Notes: generated by a model from the letters alone, not told the origin. 64,000 bases of DNA from Candidatus Shapirobacteria bacterium (GCA_041658125.1 JBBAAS010000001.1:15917-79916); one strand, 5' to 3'; positions 9,192-18,688 are shown, numbered from the stretch's first letter. Translations and numbers: made by a program.

Positions 9192-10292
9192 ACCGAAATC
9201 ATTAAAAACTTTGATGACTGACAAAGCAGTGTTTTCCCAGGTATATTTTTGGGCGTTTTTAAGCCCGGTTTCTGATAGTTTTTGGCGAATTGAAGCTGAT
9301 TGGATTTTAACTAAAGCGTCGGTTAACTCTGATTGTGTTAAAGGATCGATTAAAATGGCCGATTGTTTGAGAATTTCCTGAAGGGGTGGAATATTGCTGG
9401 CGATAACCGGAGTGCCGATTTTTTGAGCTTCGATGGCGGGAATACCAAAACCTTCATATAGGCTGGGAAGAAGGAGGCAAGTGGCATTTTTTAATAAAAT
9501 CCATTTTTCAGTTTCACTGATAAAGTCGGTAAAAATAATGGAATCTTGAAGTTTAAGCGAAGTAATGAGCTGAAAAATGCTGTCAAAAAGCCAGCCTTTT
9601 TTACCGGCGATAACTAAGGGAATAGATTCTTTGGTAGATTGTCGGAATTGGGAATAAGCCTGAATGAGGAAAGGAAGATTTTTGTTGGGCTTAAGGGTGC
9701 CAAGATAAAGAAAAAAGTTTGAATTTTTGATGCCAAATTTTAAAAGAGTGGCAGTAGAAGTTGAGGATGAAATGACAGGTGGGTTGTCGACGCCATTGTA
9801 GGCGACACTAATATTCTCCGGATCAAGATGATAGATTTTTTGGAGTTCGGATTTGGTAAATTCGGAAACAGCGATGACGCGGGAAGCCTTTTTCAGAGAA
9901 CTTTGGGTCCAGTGGGTTAATTGGTAAAAATCTTTTTTAGTAAACTGCTTTGGAGACTGAAGATAACCAAGATCATGGATGGTAGGAATAGTGGGGCAAG
10001 GAGAAAATGATGGAGAATAATGGCTAAGTGAGAAAAAAAGAGAAGGCTTAGGACCAAAAAAAAGATGTAAAGGCAGGGCAAAACGGGTCCAAAACTTTTC
10101 CGGGCCAAAAACCTGATATTGCCAGTTTGGGGATGGAGTTGGAAGGTCAGGAAGAGGAGATTTTTTTAGATAGATAGTATAGTGGTTTTTGGAGTCAAGG
10201 CGATTTAGATTAACAAGCAAGTGGTAAGCGTACTGGTTGACGCCGACCCGGTTTTTAACATTGGCTTCGTTACCGTCAATTCCGATGAGCAT
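9189..10292 (-). CDS. GT4 glycosyltransferase (MtfB-like)
   Basis: Start moved to ATG 10292 (MLIGIDGNEANV). TIHDL, GTLKPNKN, EGFGIPAIEA. Confidence 0.92.
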   Translation of the reverse strand: MLIGIDGNEANVKNRVGVNQYAYHLLVNLNRLDSKNHYTIYLKKSPLPDLPTPSPNWQYQVFGPEKFWTRFALPLHLFFGPKPSLFFSLSHYSPSFSPCPTIPTIHDLGYLQSPKQFTKKDFYQLTHWTQSSLKKASRVIAVSEFTKSELQKIYHLDPENISVAYNGVDNPPVISSSTSTATLLKFGIKNSNFFLYLGTLKPNKNLPFLIQAYSQFRQSTKESIPLVIAGKKGWLFDSIFQLITSLKLQDSIIFTDFISETEKWILLKNATCLLLPSLYEGFGIPAIEAQKIGTPVIASNIPPLQEILKQSAILIDPLTQSELTDALVKIQSASIRQKLSETGLKNAQKYTWENTALSVIKVFNDFG

Positions 10293-11421
10293 AGGTATTT
10301 TCGTAAACTTTAAGAGTTTGTTCTGCAGTAATAATCCAGGAATATTTTTTGGCTTGGAGCAGTTCTTTTTGAGAAAGCGCTTGGCGAAAAGACGAAGATT
10401 TGTATATTTTTTCAATAGCACCGGCAATTTCCTGAGGGTTATTTGGGTTGACTAAAATGGCCGAATTACCGACAATTTCAGGCATCGAGGAACAGTTACT
10501 GGTGATAATCGGAAGGCCAAGCTTCATCGCTTTGACCAGGGGTAAGCCAAAACCTTCGTAAAGTGACGGATAAGCTAAACAAACTGCCCCGGCGTTGAGG
10601 GTAACCATATCTTTTTCCGGGATAAAGCCAAGGATTTTGACCGAATGGTTTTGAGGGGGAACATCTTTGCCCCAGCCATATTTTCCGGCGATGGCCAAAA
10701 GATATTTGGAGGTAGGGTATTTTTGTTTAAAAAGAAGGAAGCCTTCAATAAGCCGGGTAAGGTTTTTACGCGGTTCGCGGGTACCTTGGGCCAAAATATA
10801 TTTATCCAAATCGTAAATTTTTTTAATGTGATTAATTTTTGACTGACGGACAGAAAGGGGTAGTCGGTGAAATTTTTCATATTTATCTTCGGCGGCTTCA
10901 TAAATAACAGTTATTTTTTGATCGGAAATGGCAGGGAAAAGTTTTTTAAAATCGGATTTAGTATTTTGAGAGATACAGATGAAGTGGAAACAATGTTTTA
11001 GGGATTGAGACATTTTTAAAAGATGGGTGCGAATTATTTTGGGACTCGACCACTTCGGATAAAGAAAAGGGACTAAGTCGTGAATAGTAGTGACTGTTTT
11101 AGCATGAATTGTCGGCGGTTGAGTCCAATCAGAAGCATGGAAAACGTCGCATTTGCCGATAAAAAATTCGATAGGAACGATGTGAAGCCGGTTCCATAGC
11201 CAATGAAGAAAAGTGAGGGGAAGACGGTAATGATAGATTTTGACATGAGGATACTTTCCCAGAAGTTTAATTTCCGATGGTAGGGGTAATCGAAGAGAGG
11301 AAAAAAAGAGTTTGTAGGTATTGGTTTTGTCGAGCTTAACCAGGTTTCTGGCCAGATTAAGAGTGTAATTACTAACTCCGGTGCCGTAAGGGATGGAAGA
11401 GACGTCAATGCCGATAATCAT
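10276..11421 (-). CDS. GT4 glycosyltransferase (MtfB-like)
   Basis: Start at ATG 11421 (MIIGIDVS). TGVSNY, TIHDL, GTREPRKN, EGFGLPLVKAM. Confidence 0.92.
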   Translation of the reverse strand: MIIGIDVSSIPYGTGVSNYTLNLARNLVKLDKTNTYKLFFSSLRLPLPSEIKLLGKYPHVKIYHYRLPLTFLHWLWNRLHIVPIEFFIGKCDVFHASDWTQPPTIHAKTVTTIHDLVPFLYPKWSSPKIIRTHLLKMSQSLKHCFHFICISQNTKSDFKKLFPAISDQKITVIYEAAEDKYEKFHRLPLSVRQSKINHIKKIYDLDKYILAQGTREPRKNLTRLIEGFLLFKQKYPTSKYLLAIAGKYGWGKDVPPQNHSVKILGFIPEKDMVTLNAGAVCLAYPSLYEGFGLPLVKAMKLGLPIITSNCSSMPEIVGNSAILVNPNNPQEIAGAIEKIYKSSSFRQALSQKELLQAKKYSWIITAEQTLKVYENTYAHRN

Positions 11422-11429
11422 GGTTAATT

Positions 11430-12374
11430 TTAACAAGTTTTAGGGGTTTTTCGCTTACGCAACATTTTGGGGAGAAGTTTAAAGGTTTGATAGTAGGTAG
11501 AAAAAAAAGTGCCGGGAAGTTGACCAATCGGAGTGGCTTTGATTAGGCCGGATAAATTGCGAAGGCGCTCTTCGGTGAGGGAAAAGAAATTTTGGCAAAA
11601 TTCTTTTTTTGAATAGTTTTTAGCGATTAACCAAATCCAGTTTTTAACATCCATCCGTTGGCGGAAATTGCCCATTTTGTTACTGGTAGCGCCGCCAAGA
11701 TGGTAGGAAATTGCCTTCGGAATATAGAGAGTTTTGAAATGATGTTTTTGCAGGCGCAAAGACAAGTCGACGTCTTCTTCGTAGGCGAAGAAATCGGGAT
11801 CGAAGTTGCCTATTTTTAAAACAGTATCGCGATGGTAAACAGCAATGGCGGCAGAAGTGCCCCAAATGATTTTTGGTTTGAGATTTTGGATAGATGACCT
11901 GTCAAACGTTATATTATTGCTGATATTTTGACATTTGCCGCGATAGTCAAACTTTAAACCCTGGCTTTCAAATTTTGAGCCGTCGTGGTTGAGAATGGTG
12001 CCGCAATAAACACTAGCAGTAGGGTGTTGAGCCATATTTTTGACAATGAGAGGAAACCAGTCGGGCTTTAAGGTAATGTCGTTATTGACGATAACCGTCC
12101 ACTCGTATTTTGATTTTTCGATACCTTCGGCGAAGGCCGGAGCAACGCCGGTATTTTCCTGATGGAGGATAATTTTTGTTTCCAGGTTTTCTGTAGGCTG
12201 AACAAGTTCTTGAAAAATGTCAAGACTGTCATCGGTTGAACCATTGTCAATAAGAATAATTTGAAATTTGGAATTTTTGATTTTAGAGATGGAGGCCAAA
12301 AGAGAAGGTAAACATTTTTGAAGATATTGACTGCCGTTTAGGTTGGGAATAGCCAGGGAAAAATTGGGGGTCAT
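11430..12374 (-). CDS. GT2 glycosyltransferase
   Basis: IDNGSTD, VNNDI, FDPDFFAYEEDVDLS. Confidence 0.92.
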   Translation of the reverse strand: MTPNFSLAIPNLNGSQYLQKCLPSLLASISKIKNSKFQIILIDNGSTDDSLDIFQELVQPTENLETKIILHQENTGVAPAFAEGIEKSKYEWTVIVNNDITLKPDWFPLIVKNMAQHPTASVYCGTILNHDGSKFESQGLKFDYRGKCQNISNNITFDRSSIQNLKPKIIWGTSAAIAVYHRDTVLKIGNFDPDFFAYEEDVDLSLRLQKHHFKTLYIPKAISYHLGGATSNKMGNFRQRMDVKNWIWLIAKNYSKKEFCQNFFSLTEERLRNLSGLIKATPIGQLPGTFFSTYYQTFKLLPKMLRKRKTPKTC

Positions 12375-12829
12375 AAACTTTTGGGTAAAGTGACAATATC
12401 GCCGACTTGAAGCTTAATATTAGCGGCAGTATTGGCATTTAGCTCGATAACGTACTTCGCCGGAGTGGAATTTTTATAGTTTTTTAATTGAGTGATTGGG
12501 GTATTAGGTTGCGGACTTGCAGTTTGGATAGAGACAACTTGGCCTTGAGAGTTGAGCCAAATTAAATCCAAAGGGATAAGAGTATCTTTCATCCAAAAAG
12601 GGAGAATTGATTCACCAGAAAAGACGAAAATCATGCCGCAATTTTGGCAAAGAGAAGAGCGACCGGATAAGCCCTGGGTTCTTTGAGAGATAGTTTTGGC
12701 GATTTCCAAATCAAATTTTTGACCGTTAAAATTAACGGAAGTGTGAGTGGGGTTTTCGGTTAAAAAAAATAACCGACAGAATAGAAATATTAGAATTAGT
12801 GTCAGGGCGAAAAGCCAAATTTTTAGCAT
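12371..12829 (-). CDS. DUF192 family protein
   Basis: N-terminal TM, EIAKT...GLS...GMIFVF...FWMKDTLIPLDLIW...YVIELNA. Confidence 0.9.
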   Translation of the reverse strand: MLKIWLFALTLILIFLFCRLFFLTENPTHTSVNFNGQKFDLEIAKTISQRTQGLSGRSSLCQNCGMIFVFSGESILPFWMKDTLIPLDLIWLNSQGQVVSIQTASPQPNTPITQLKNYKNSTPAKYVIELNANTAANIKLQVGDIVTLPKSL

Positions 12830-12841
12830 AAGTTATCCCCT

Positions 12842-12871
12842 ATTCTATCTTATTTAGGATATGATAAAAGC
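12842..12871. promoter_or_regulatory. Divergent -10 boxes in a 42-bp intergenic gap
   Basis: Plus strand TATGAT 12860-12865 lies 6 nt before GTG 12872. Minus strand TAGAAT 12847-12842 lies 12 nt before ATG 12829. Confidence 0.45.
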
Positions 12872-13795
12872 GTGAAAGTGATAAAAAATATTTTGGCGTC
12901 AAAAATTTTTAGATTAGTTTTATCGGGAAGTTTATTGTATCTGGCTTTCAGAAAGGTTGATATTTTGATGCTTTTAAGAGAATTGGCAAAAGTTGATTGG
13001 TGGTTTTTGGTGATTCAAATGATTTTATTTATAGTGTTGATGATTTTGGGGGCATGGCGTTGGGCAAGACTAGTTTTAAAAAAAATTAGTTTTTGGGATT
13101 TGGTAAATTTTTTGAAGTCGGCATACTTGGGTGTTTTTTATGGAATTTTTTTATCAACACCGACGGCGGGAGATGTGCTTAAGTGGACGATTTTAGAGAA
13201 AAAATATCCCAACTTGACCAAGACAAAACTCTTAGGGTCAGTAGCAATAGACAAGATGGTTGGTTTTTTTACTTTTATCGGATTGGCACTGACAGCGTCT
13301 TTGGTTGGATGGTTGGTAGGCTTGAATTTTCCAAATTATCTAAGGCTAATGTTTGGAGGCTTGTTTTTTGGAGTAATGGTTTTTTATGGATTGGCAATGA
13401 GGTTACCGATAGACCTGTGGTTAGGGAAAAACAAATGGTTGGACAAGATAATAGAGGTGGCAAAGATGTTTAGAGAGGTTGAGGGAAAAAGGTTAGTCGG
13501 ATGCTTATTGATTTCGATAATTTGCGAACTTATTTGGATAGGGCAGATATATTTGAGCAGTGTATATTTCGGGGCAAATTTTGGACTGATAAGAGCATTC
13601 GCCTATCTTCCGGCAATTTATTTGATACTGGTTTTGCCGATATCGGTAGCCGGTTTTGGCGCCAGAGAACACCTTTATCTTTTATTTTTTGGCGGCTTGG
13701 CCAGCGAGGAAAAAATATTGCTGGTATCGACGTTTACAGGACTGGTGGGAATTGTTAATGCTCTGATGGGCGGGTTGGTTTTGATGTTAAAATAA
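12872..13795 (+). CDS. Lysylphosphatidylglycerol synthase TM domain / UPF0104 flippase-like protein
   Basis: AWRW, GDVLK, SVAIDK, LPISVAGFGARE motifs, multi-TM. Confidence 0.85.
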   Translation: MKVIKNILASKIFRLVLSGSLLYLAFRKVDILMLLRELAKVDWWFLVIQMILFIVLMILGAWRWARLVLKKISFWDLVNFLKSAYLGVFYGIFLSTPTAGDVLKWTILEKKYPNLTKTKLLGSVAIDKMVGFFTFIGLALTASLVGWLVGLNFPNYLRLMFGGLFFGVMVFYGLAMRLPIDLWLGKNKWLDKIIEVAKMFREVEGKRLVGCLLISIICELIWIGQIYLSSVYFGANFGLIRAFAYLPAIYLILVLPISVAGFGAREHLYLLFFGGLASEEKILLVSTFTGLVGIVNALMGGLVLMLK

Positions 13796-13799
13796 ATTT

Positions 13800-14804
13800 A
13801 TGATTTTAGTAACAGGGGGAGCGGGTTATATCGGATCGCATGCGGTGAAGTTGCTGTTAGATCAGGGATATGAAGTAGCCGTAATAGATAACTTATTCAG
13901 AGGCTATAGACAAGCCATAGAAACTCTACAAAATAAGTACGGCAAAGAAAAACTAGTTTTTTATGAGGTTGATTTGTTGGATAAAAAGACACTGGATGAA
14001 GCCATGGCCAAAATTAAGCCGGAAGGGGTAATGCATTTTGCGGCTTTTTGTTTAGTAAATGAATCAATAGAAAATCCGGAGATTTATTTTGAAAATAATG
14101 TTTTTGGCAGTTTGAATTTGTTGGAGACAATGAAAAAACATGAAATAAAAAATTTGGTATTTTCTTCAACCTGTGCAGTTTACGGGGAAAGCAAATATTT
14201 ACCGATGGATGAAAAACATCCACTTTCTCCAATTAATCCTTACGGTGAATCAAAACTAATGGTGGAAAAAATAATTAGTTGGTTTGAAAAGGTCTATGGT
14301 TTAAGGTCAATTATTTTTAGATATTTTAATGTATCCGGGGCAAGCGATGATGGAATGATCGGAGACTCTAAAAAACCGTCCCAACTTTTAATCCAAAATG
14401 TGGTGAGGGGAGCGTTGGGAATAGAGCCTTTTAAGCTGACTTGTCCCAAGGTGGAAACGGCTGACGGGACACCAATCCGCGATTATGTTGATGTTGGAGA
14501 TTTAGTAAGAGCTCATGTGGCGGCGATGGATTATTTAAAAAATGGTGGCGGAAGTGAGGTTATTAATTTGGGGACGGGGAAAGGAAGTTCGGTGTTGGAG
14601 ATTGTGGAGATGGTCAAAAAAATTACCGGTAAAAGTTTTTTAGTAGAACCGGGTGAAGCCCGAAAGGGCGAATGGGCGGAAGTTTATGCGGATATTAGTA
14701 AGGCAAAAAGAATATTGGATTGGGAACCAAAACGAACAATTAAAGACAGCGTTGAGACATTGGTTAAGTGGTATACGAATCATCCACAGGGATGGGAATA
14801 TTAA
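13800..14804 (+). CDS. galE: UDP-glucose 4-epimerase
   Basis: ILVTGGAGYIGSH, FSSTCAVYG, NPYGESK (YxxxK), RYFNV, DGTPIRDY. Confidence 0.95.
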   Translation: MILVTGGAGYIGSHAVKLLLDQGYEVAVIDNLFRGYRQAIETLQNKYGKEKLVFYEVDLLDKKTLDEAMAKIKPEGVMHFAAFCLVNESIENPEIYFENNVFGSLNLLETMKKHEIKNLVFSSTCAVYGESKYLPMDEKHPLSPINPYGESKLMVEKIISWFEKVYGLRSIIFRYFNVSGASDDGMIGDSKKPSQLLIQNVVRGALGIEPFKLTCPKVETADGTPIRDYVDVGDLVRAHVAAMDYLKNGGGSEVINLGTGKGSSVLEIVEMVKKITGKSFLVEPGEARKGEWAEVYADISKAKRILDWEPKRTIKDSVETLVKWYTNHPQGWEY

Positions 14805-15886
14805 GGCTCTTACTGGCATTGTCGGTAGTTGCAGTTCATAGCCAGTCGATATTGGGGATAAATTTGGTGGGAGGGCAGACGGCAGTTCAGGTGTTTTATA
14901 TGATTTCCGGCTTTTATATGGCTTTAGTATTGATGGAAAAATATGGATTTAGCAAAGGGTCCTACAAATTGTTTTTAGGGAACAGATTTTTAAAATTATA
15001 TCCGATTTATTGGATCAATTTATTGATAGTTTTATTGATTTCGATTGGCGGATTGGTAATAGTGAAAAATGGTTACCACTTCACTTGGTATATCGAGTAT
15101 GTCAGTAAAATGAAATTGGGAACCCTGCTTTTTTTTGTGGTTACCAATTTGGTAATTTTTGGGCAGGATTTGGTGATGTTTTTGCAATTGGATAAACTTG
15201 GCAACTTAATACCGGCGGTAAATTTTCGGCTGACCGATCCCCCACTATATCGATTTTTGTTTGTCGAACAGGCGTGGACAATTGCTTTGGAAATGACGTT
15301 TTATCTGTTAGCGCCATTTTTAGTTAAGCAAAAGACGAAGTGGCTAATGCTTTTGATCGGTTTAAGTTTTGGTTTGAGAATAATTTTGTATAAAATTGGA
15401 TTTAATAATGATCCGTGGAAGTATCGGTTCTTTCCATTGGAATTGGGAATGTTTTTGGTGGGAGTAATGGGGTACCGGATTTATGGGCGATTAAAAAACA
15501 GAACAATACCCGAGTGGTTTTTGAGAGTGGTTTATGGGGTGGTAATATTGGCGACTTTTATTTATCCGCTAATCCAAAGAGACGGGTCAAAAATGTGGGG
15601 GTATTATTTATTGGTAGTTATTTCTTTACCGTTTATTTTCAGGTTATTTAAAAATAATAAAATAGACCGATTTATCGGAGAGTTGTCATATCCGGTGTAT
15701 TTGTGCCATTTTTGGGTGGCGTTTGTGATTATGGATTTGATAAAAATTAGAAATTGGAGCACCGGAATTTTAGTGGCTTTGGGATCAATCGGAGTGTCAC
15801 TTTTGATAGTTAAACTGGTAGTTGAACCGATAGATAAAATCAGGCAAAAACGAGTGGCGGGATCAGGGAATGGTTTTGCGAATTAG
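14792..15886 (+). CDS. Acyltransferase family 3 (OafA-like membrane O-acyltransferase)
   Basis: Start at ATG 14792. LRLLLALSVVAVH, FYMISGF, RFLKLYP, WTIALEMTFY, GELSYPVYLCH, VEP. Confidence 0.9.
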   Translation: MGILRLLLALSVVAVHSQSILGINLVGGQTAVQVFYMISGFYMALVLMEKYGFSKGSYKLFLGNRFLKLYPIYWINLLIVLLISIGGLVIVKNGYHFTWYIEYVSKMKLGTLLFFVVTNLVIFGQDLVMFLQLDKLGNLIPAVNFRLTDPPLYRFLFVEQAWTIALEMTFYLLAPFLVKQKTKWLMLLIGLSFGLRIILYKIGFNNDPWKYRFFPLELGMFLVGVMGYRIYGRLKNRTIPEWFLRVVYGVVILATFIYPLIQRDGSKMWGYYLLVVISLPFIFRLFKNNKIDRFIGELSYPVYLCHFWVAFVIMDLIKIRNWSTGILVALGSIGVSLLIVKLVVEPIDKIRQKRVAGSGNGFAN

Positions 15887-17278
15887 AACCAGATAAAAAT
15901 TGTTCTGACAGGGAAAGGTTCTGACGGTTTGATGCGAGCCCAAAAGACTTAATTCATAGTAGTTGGTATTTTGATCAAAGGTACTTTGGTCAACGACAAC
16001 GGTCATGTACTCCGCTTGGCCATTTTGAGTTTCGATATCTTTAATATTACAACCGGCTTTTTTGAGGAGAAAACGATGTTCGGGTCCGTTATGAAACGGG
16101 TGGAGGCTTGATTGAACGGAGACGAAAGTTGGTTCCTTAAATGAGTCGCAGTAGTTTCTGAAACATTGTTCCATTTGGGTGGTAGTGCGGGAGGCGGTCG
16201 TAAAATATTGCTTTAGCCTGGTTGGTTGTAGATAATTTAAACTAAAAAATACAAGGCTTAGAACGGTAACAAGAGGCCGAAGACCGGCAATAATCACGAA
16301 AAGTAGTGAGGTAAAGGCGAAAATATAATGGGCTTGAATAGTGATTGGGGTAACAAAGGCCAGTATGGTGATACCTAAATACAGAAAAGAGGCGACGAAT
16401 TGTAAATTTTTCCTTTTTTGTCTATTTTTATAGAGTAAAAAAAGACAGAGTAAAATGCTGGCGATAAAGAGGGAAATATTCAGTGTTTGATTGGAGAAAG
16501 AGAAAACGTATTGTGACAGATTATTCAGACGATCGACGAAAGCCAAGTCTTTTTGAGGAGGTGAGTTTTTGGTCAAGAGAGCGGTGGTAAGAAAAAAGCG
16601 ATGACGAAGTTCAAAAAAAATCGTTGGTAGATTAATTAAGGCCAGAGCGCCAAAGAGTGATAAGGCTATCGCTTTAAAATTGGAACGAGAAAATAAAAGC
16701 CAATATAAGGCAAAAATAATTAGAAGTGGGGCGACGGAATAAGAAATGGAGATGGCGGTGGCAATACCGGCAGAAAAAAGGATAGTTTTTGGGATCGAGA
16801 ATTTTTTTAATAAAAGATAAAAAGAAATAATGGAGATAATCAAGAATGGGGTGACAAATGATGGATTCCAAACGTAACGACCTTGAATAATGTATTGGGG
16901 ATGAATGGAGATGAAGAAAAAAGCGATCAATAAAACCTTGGTTAAAGGCTTATCTTTTCTTAGTAAATAAAGACCTAAGAGAAAAGAAAAAAGATAGATA
17001 AAAGCGAGAGTATAAACCAAAGAAATCGGGTTACCTTTAGAAAGGAGAAAGCCGGGGTAAAGTAGATAAAAATAAATAGCAGATTGGTTAAAGGGGAGAG
17101 CGCTAGTTTGGGGGCCGAGGAGTGGTGGTTTGCCTGTTTCTTGCCAAGTTTGTAGTACCATCATGTCCCGACCCATATCGTTGAAAAAGAAAAAAGAGTC
17201 GTTAATATTGTAGAAGCGGAGGAAAAGGAACAAAAATATTACGCCGATAATCGGTAATAAACGAAGGATTTTAGACAT
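15863..17278 (-). CDS. GT-C (ArnT/PMT-like) membrane glycosyltransferase
   Basis: LFLRFYN...NDMGRD...PLLGP, WNPS, multi-TM. Its ATG overlaps the abiEii stop (TAATG). Confidence 0.75.
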   Translation of the reverse strand: MSKILRLLPIIGVIFLFLFLRFYNINDSFFFFNDMGRDMMVLQTWQETGKPPLLGPQTSALPFNQSAIYFYLLYPGFLLSKGNPISLVYTLAFIYLFSFLLGLYLLRKDKPLTKVLLIAFFFISIHPQYIIQGRYVWNPSFVTPFLIISIISFYLLLKKFSIPKTILFSAGIATAISISYSVAPLLIIFALYWLLFSRSNFKAIALSLFGALALINLPTIFFELRHRFFLTTALLTKNSPPQKDLAFVDRLNNLSQYVFSFSNQTLNISLFIASILLCLFLLYKNRQKRKNLQFVASFLYLGITILAFVTPITIQAHYIFAFTSLLFVIIAGLRPLVTVLSLVFFSLNYLQPTRLKQYFTTASRTTTQMEQCFRNYCDSFKEPTFVSVQSSLHPFHNGPEHRFLLKKAGCNIKDIETQNGQAEYMTVVVDQSTFDQNTNYYELSLLGSHQTVRTFPCQNNFYLVLIRKTIP

Positions 17279-18012
17279 TAGGTTAGCCTGGCAATTTCAT
17301 TATCTAAAAACATAAGAGTTTCCTCTTTTAGGGTTTTTCTGATTTTGTTATAAGTTTCAAACGGTAAAAGAGTATTTAAGTCCTGATCAATTAGGGTTTG
17401 AGTAATTTTTTCGTTTATAAAATGACGAAGGTAAACAAGATATCTTTTAACCGATAGTCCGGTTCTTTCAATTATTACGGCTTCACTGTATTTCAAATTT
17501 TTTAGAAAGAAGTAATGAATATCGTAGATATCCCGGCCGGCAATCGATTCTCTACGATCATACCGATCTTTGACGGCTACCATTTTGTTGGCAAAAATGC
17601 TTTTCTGGTCTTGACAGTTGACGGTACGGTTAATTTCCGGCAAAAATACCGGAGAATATCGGTTGGATTTGACGATAACATTAAGAGCGTCAATTTTTAA
17701 AGTGTTTCTTTGATTTGGGGAGTTAGGATATTTCAAAAAAAACTCTAAAGCTTTTTGGCTTTCCTGATATAAAATAAATCCAAGTTTGTCAAAAACTTTA
17801 TGAAACTCCGCTCTTAACTCTTTTTCATTTACCCCAGTCTTAAGGTCAAAATCAAGATCAACTGAAAACCGATCAAGAATGCCCATCATTGAGGCGCAGG
17901 TACCGCCCTTGAAATATAAAGAGTTTGATAAGGTAGAGTTATCGATGATTTCGGTTAGAGTGCGAAGTAGGTGAGCTTTATGAATGGTGTCGGTAGGTCT
18001 TAGGGTGATCAT
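17278..18012 (-). CDS. abiEii: AbiEii-family nucleotidyltransferase toxin (type IV TA)
   Basis: LYFKGGT...LDRFSVDLDF, LKID, ANKMVA...R...GRDIYDI. Confidence 0.9.
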   Translation of the reverse strand: MITLRPTDTIHKAHLLRTLTEIIDNSTLSNSLYFKGGTCASMMGILDRFSVDLDFDLKTGVNEKELRAEFHKVFDKLGFILYQESQKALEFFLKYPNSPNQRNTLKIDALNVIVKSNRYSPVFLPEINRTVNCQDQKSIFANKMVAVKDRYDRRESIAGRDIYDIHYFFLKNLKYSEAVIIERTGLSVKRYLVYLRHFINEKITQTLIDQDLNTLLPFETYNKIRKTLKEETLMFLDNEIARLT

Positions 18013-18551
18013 AAATAGCCAAGTTGTTGTTGATAATTCTTAACTAAAGTCCAGTCAATAACATTGTCGGCGTCAAAATGATAATTTTTTTGAAAATATA
18101 ACATATCGGCAATTGCCCGCTCGGTATTGGCCAAGAAAACACCTCTGTCGTTTTGAGTTATGCCAAGAGAATTGTTTAAACATTGAGGTTTTAACTGTCT
18201 GACTAAATAGGCATGGTCGTTAATGTTAAAGTTGGCGGGAGTACTGGAAATAAAAGTTATTTTTGCAGGCGATTGGTTAATAATCCCCTCTTTTGCTAAA
18301 ACCGATTCGGTACTTAAATAGCTAAAGTGATTTATGGCCCTAAAGCCTATTTCTACCGGATCCAGTTGACTTAACGGAATGGTGCTATAGAGTCCCTTTT
18401 GAACACTGATCAGTATCTCTTTTTTGATCAGTCGAGCAATGGTTTTATAGAGTGTGTTTTGATTCGAAATATTCCAGAGAACTTTTAAGTCTGAAGTGTG
18501 GAATAATTTTTGTGGTTGTTGGATTAATATACCGATTTTGTCTACAGTCAT
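18009..18551 (-). CDS. abiEi: AbiEi-family antitoxin / transcriptional regulator
   Basis: N-terminal wHTH-like region (RLIKKEILISVQKGLY), SYLSTESVL, ANTERAIADMLY. Overlaps abiEii by ATGA. Confidence 0.85.
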   Translation of the reverse strand: MTVDKIGILIQQPQKLFHTSDLKVLWNISNQNTLYKTIARLIKKEILISVQKGLYSTIPLSQLDPVEIGFRAINHFSYLSTESVLAKEGIINQSPAKITFISSTPANFNINDHAYLVRQLKPQCLNNSLGITQNDRGVFLANTERAIADMLYFQKNYHFDADNVIDWTLVKNYQQQLGYL

Positions 18552-18595
18552 AGTTGTGTTATCTGGTACTAATATGTACAGGATAACATAACTAT
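18550..18595. promoter_or_regulatory. 20-bp-arm imperfect inverted repeat, putative AbiEi operator
   Basis: ATAGTTGTGTTATCTGGTAC (18550-18569), 6-nt spacer, GTACAGGATAACATAACTAT (18576-18595). 17 of 20 positions pair. Abuts the abiEi start codon. Confidence 0.75.
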
Positions 18596-18607
18596 TATGC
18601 TTGTCAA
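18580..18607 (-). promoter_or_regulatory. Sigma70-type promoter of abiE
   Basis: Minus strand TTGACA (18607-18602), 16-nt spacer ending in TGT, TATCCT (18585-18580). The -10 box lies inside the inverted-repeat arm. Confidence 0.65.
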
Positions 18608-18619
18608 GAGGTCTTTCTA

Positions 18620-18688
18620 TTATGCTTGAAATAGAAGAGAGTTGTTAACGCGGTAGAAACGAAGGAAAAGGGAAAGCAAACTAATGAT
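18620..18688 (-). pseudogene. Remnant of a GT-C gene 5' end
   Basis: Reads IISLLSLFLRFYRVNNSLLFQA* versus LFLFLRFYNINDSFFFFND of 15863-17278. 26 of 33 nt are identical in the core. Confidence 0.6.

Noticed and set aside
10293-10427. Long N-terminal extensions in the ORF track (also at 14768, 36349, 49305, 56954 and 63471)
   Set aside because: They overlap neighbouring genes. Downstream starts match family N-termini and the short-overlap pattern.
17278-18628. abiE region as an IS or prophage
   Set aside because: No transposase, integrase, terminal repeats flanking both sides or phage genes were seen.
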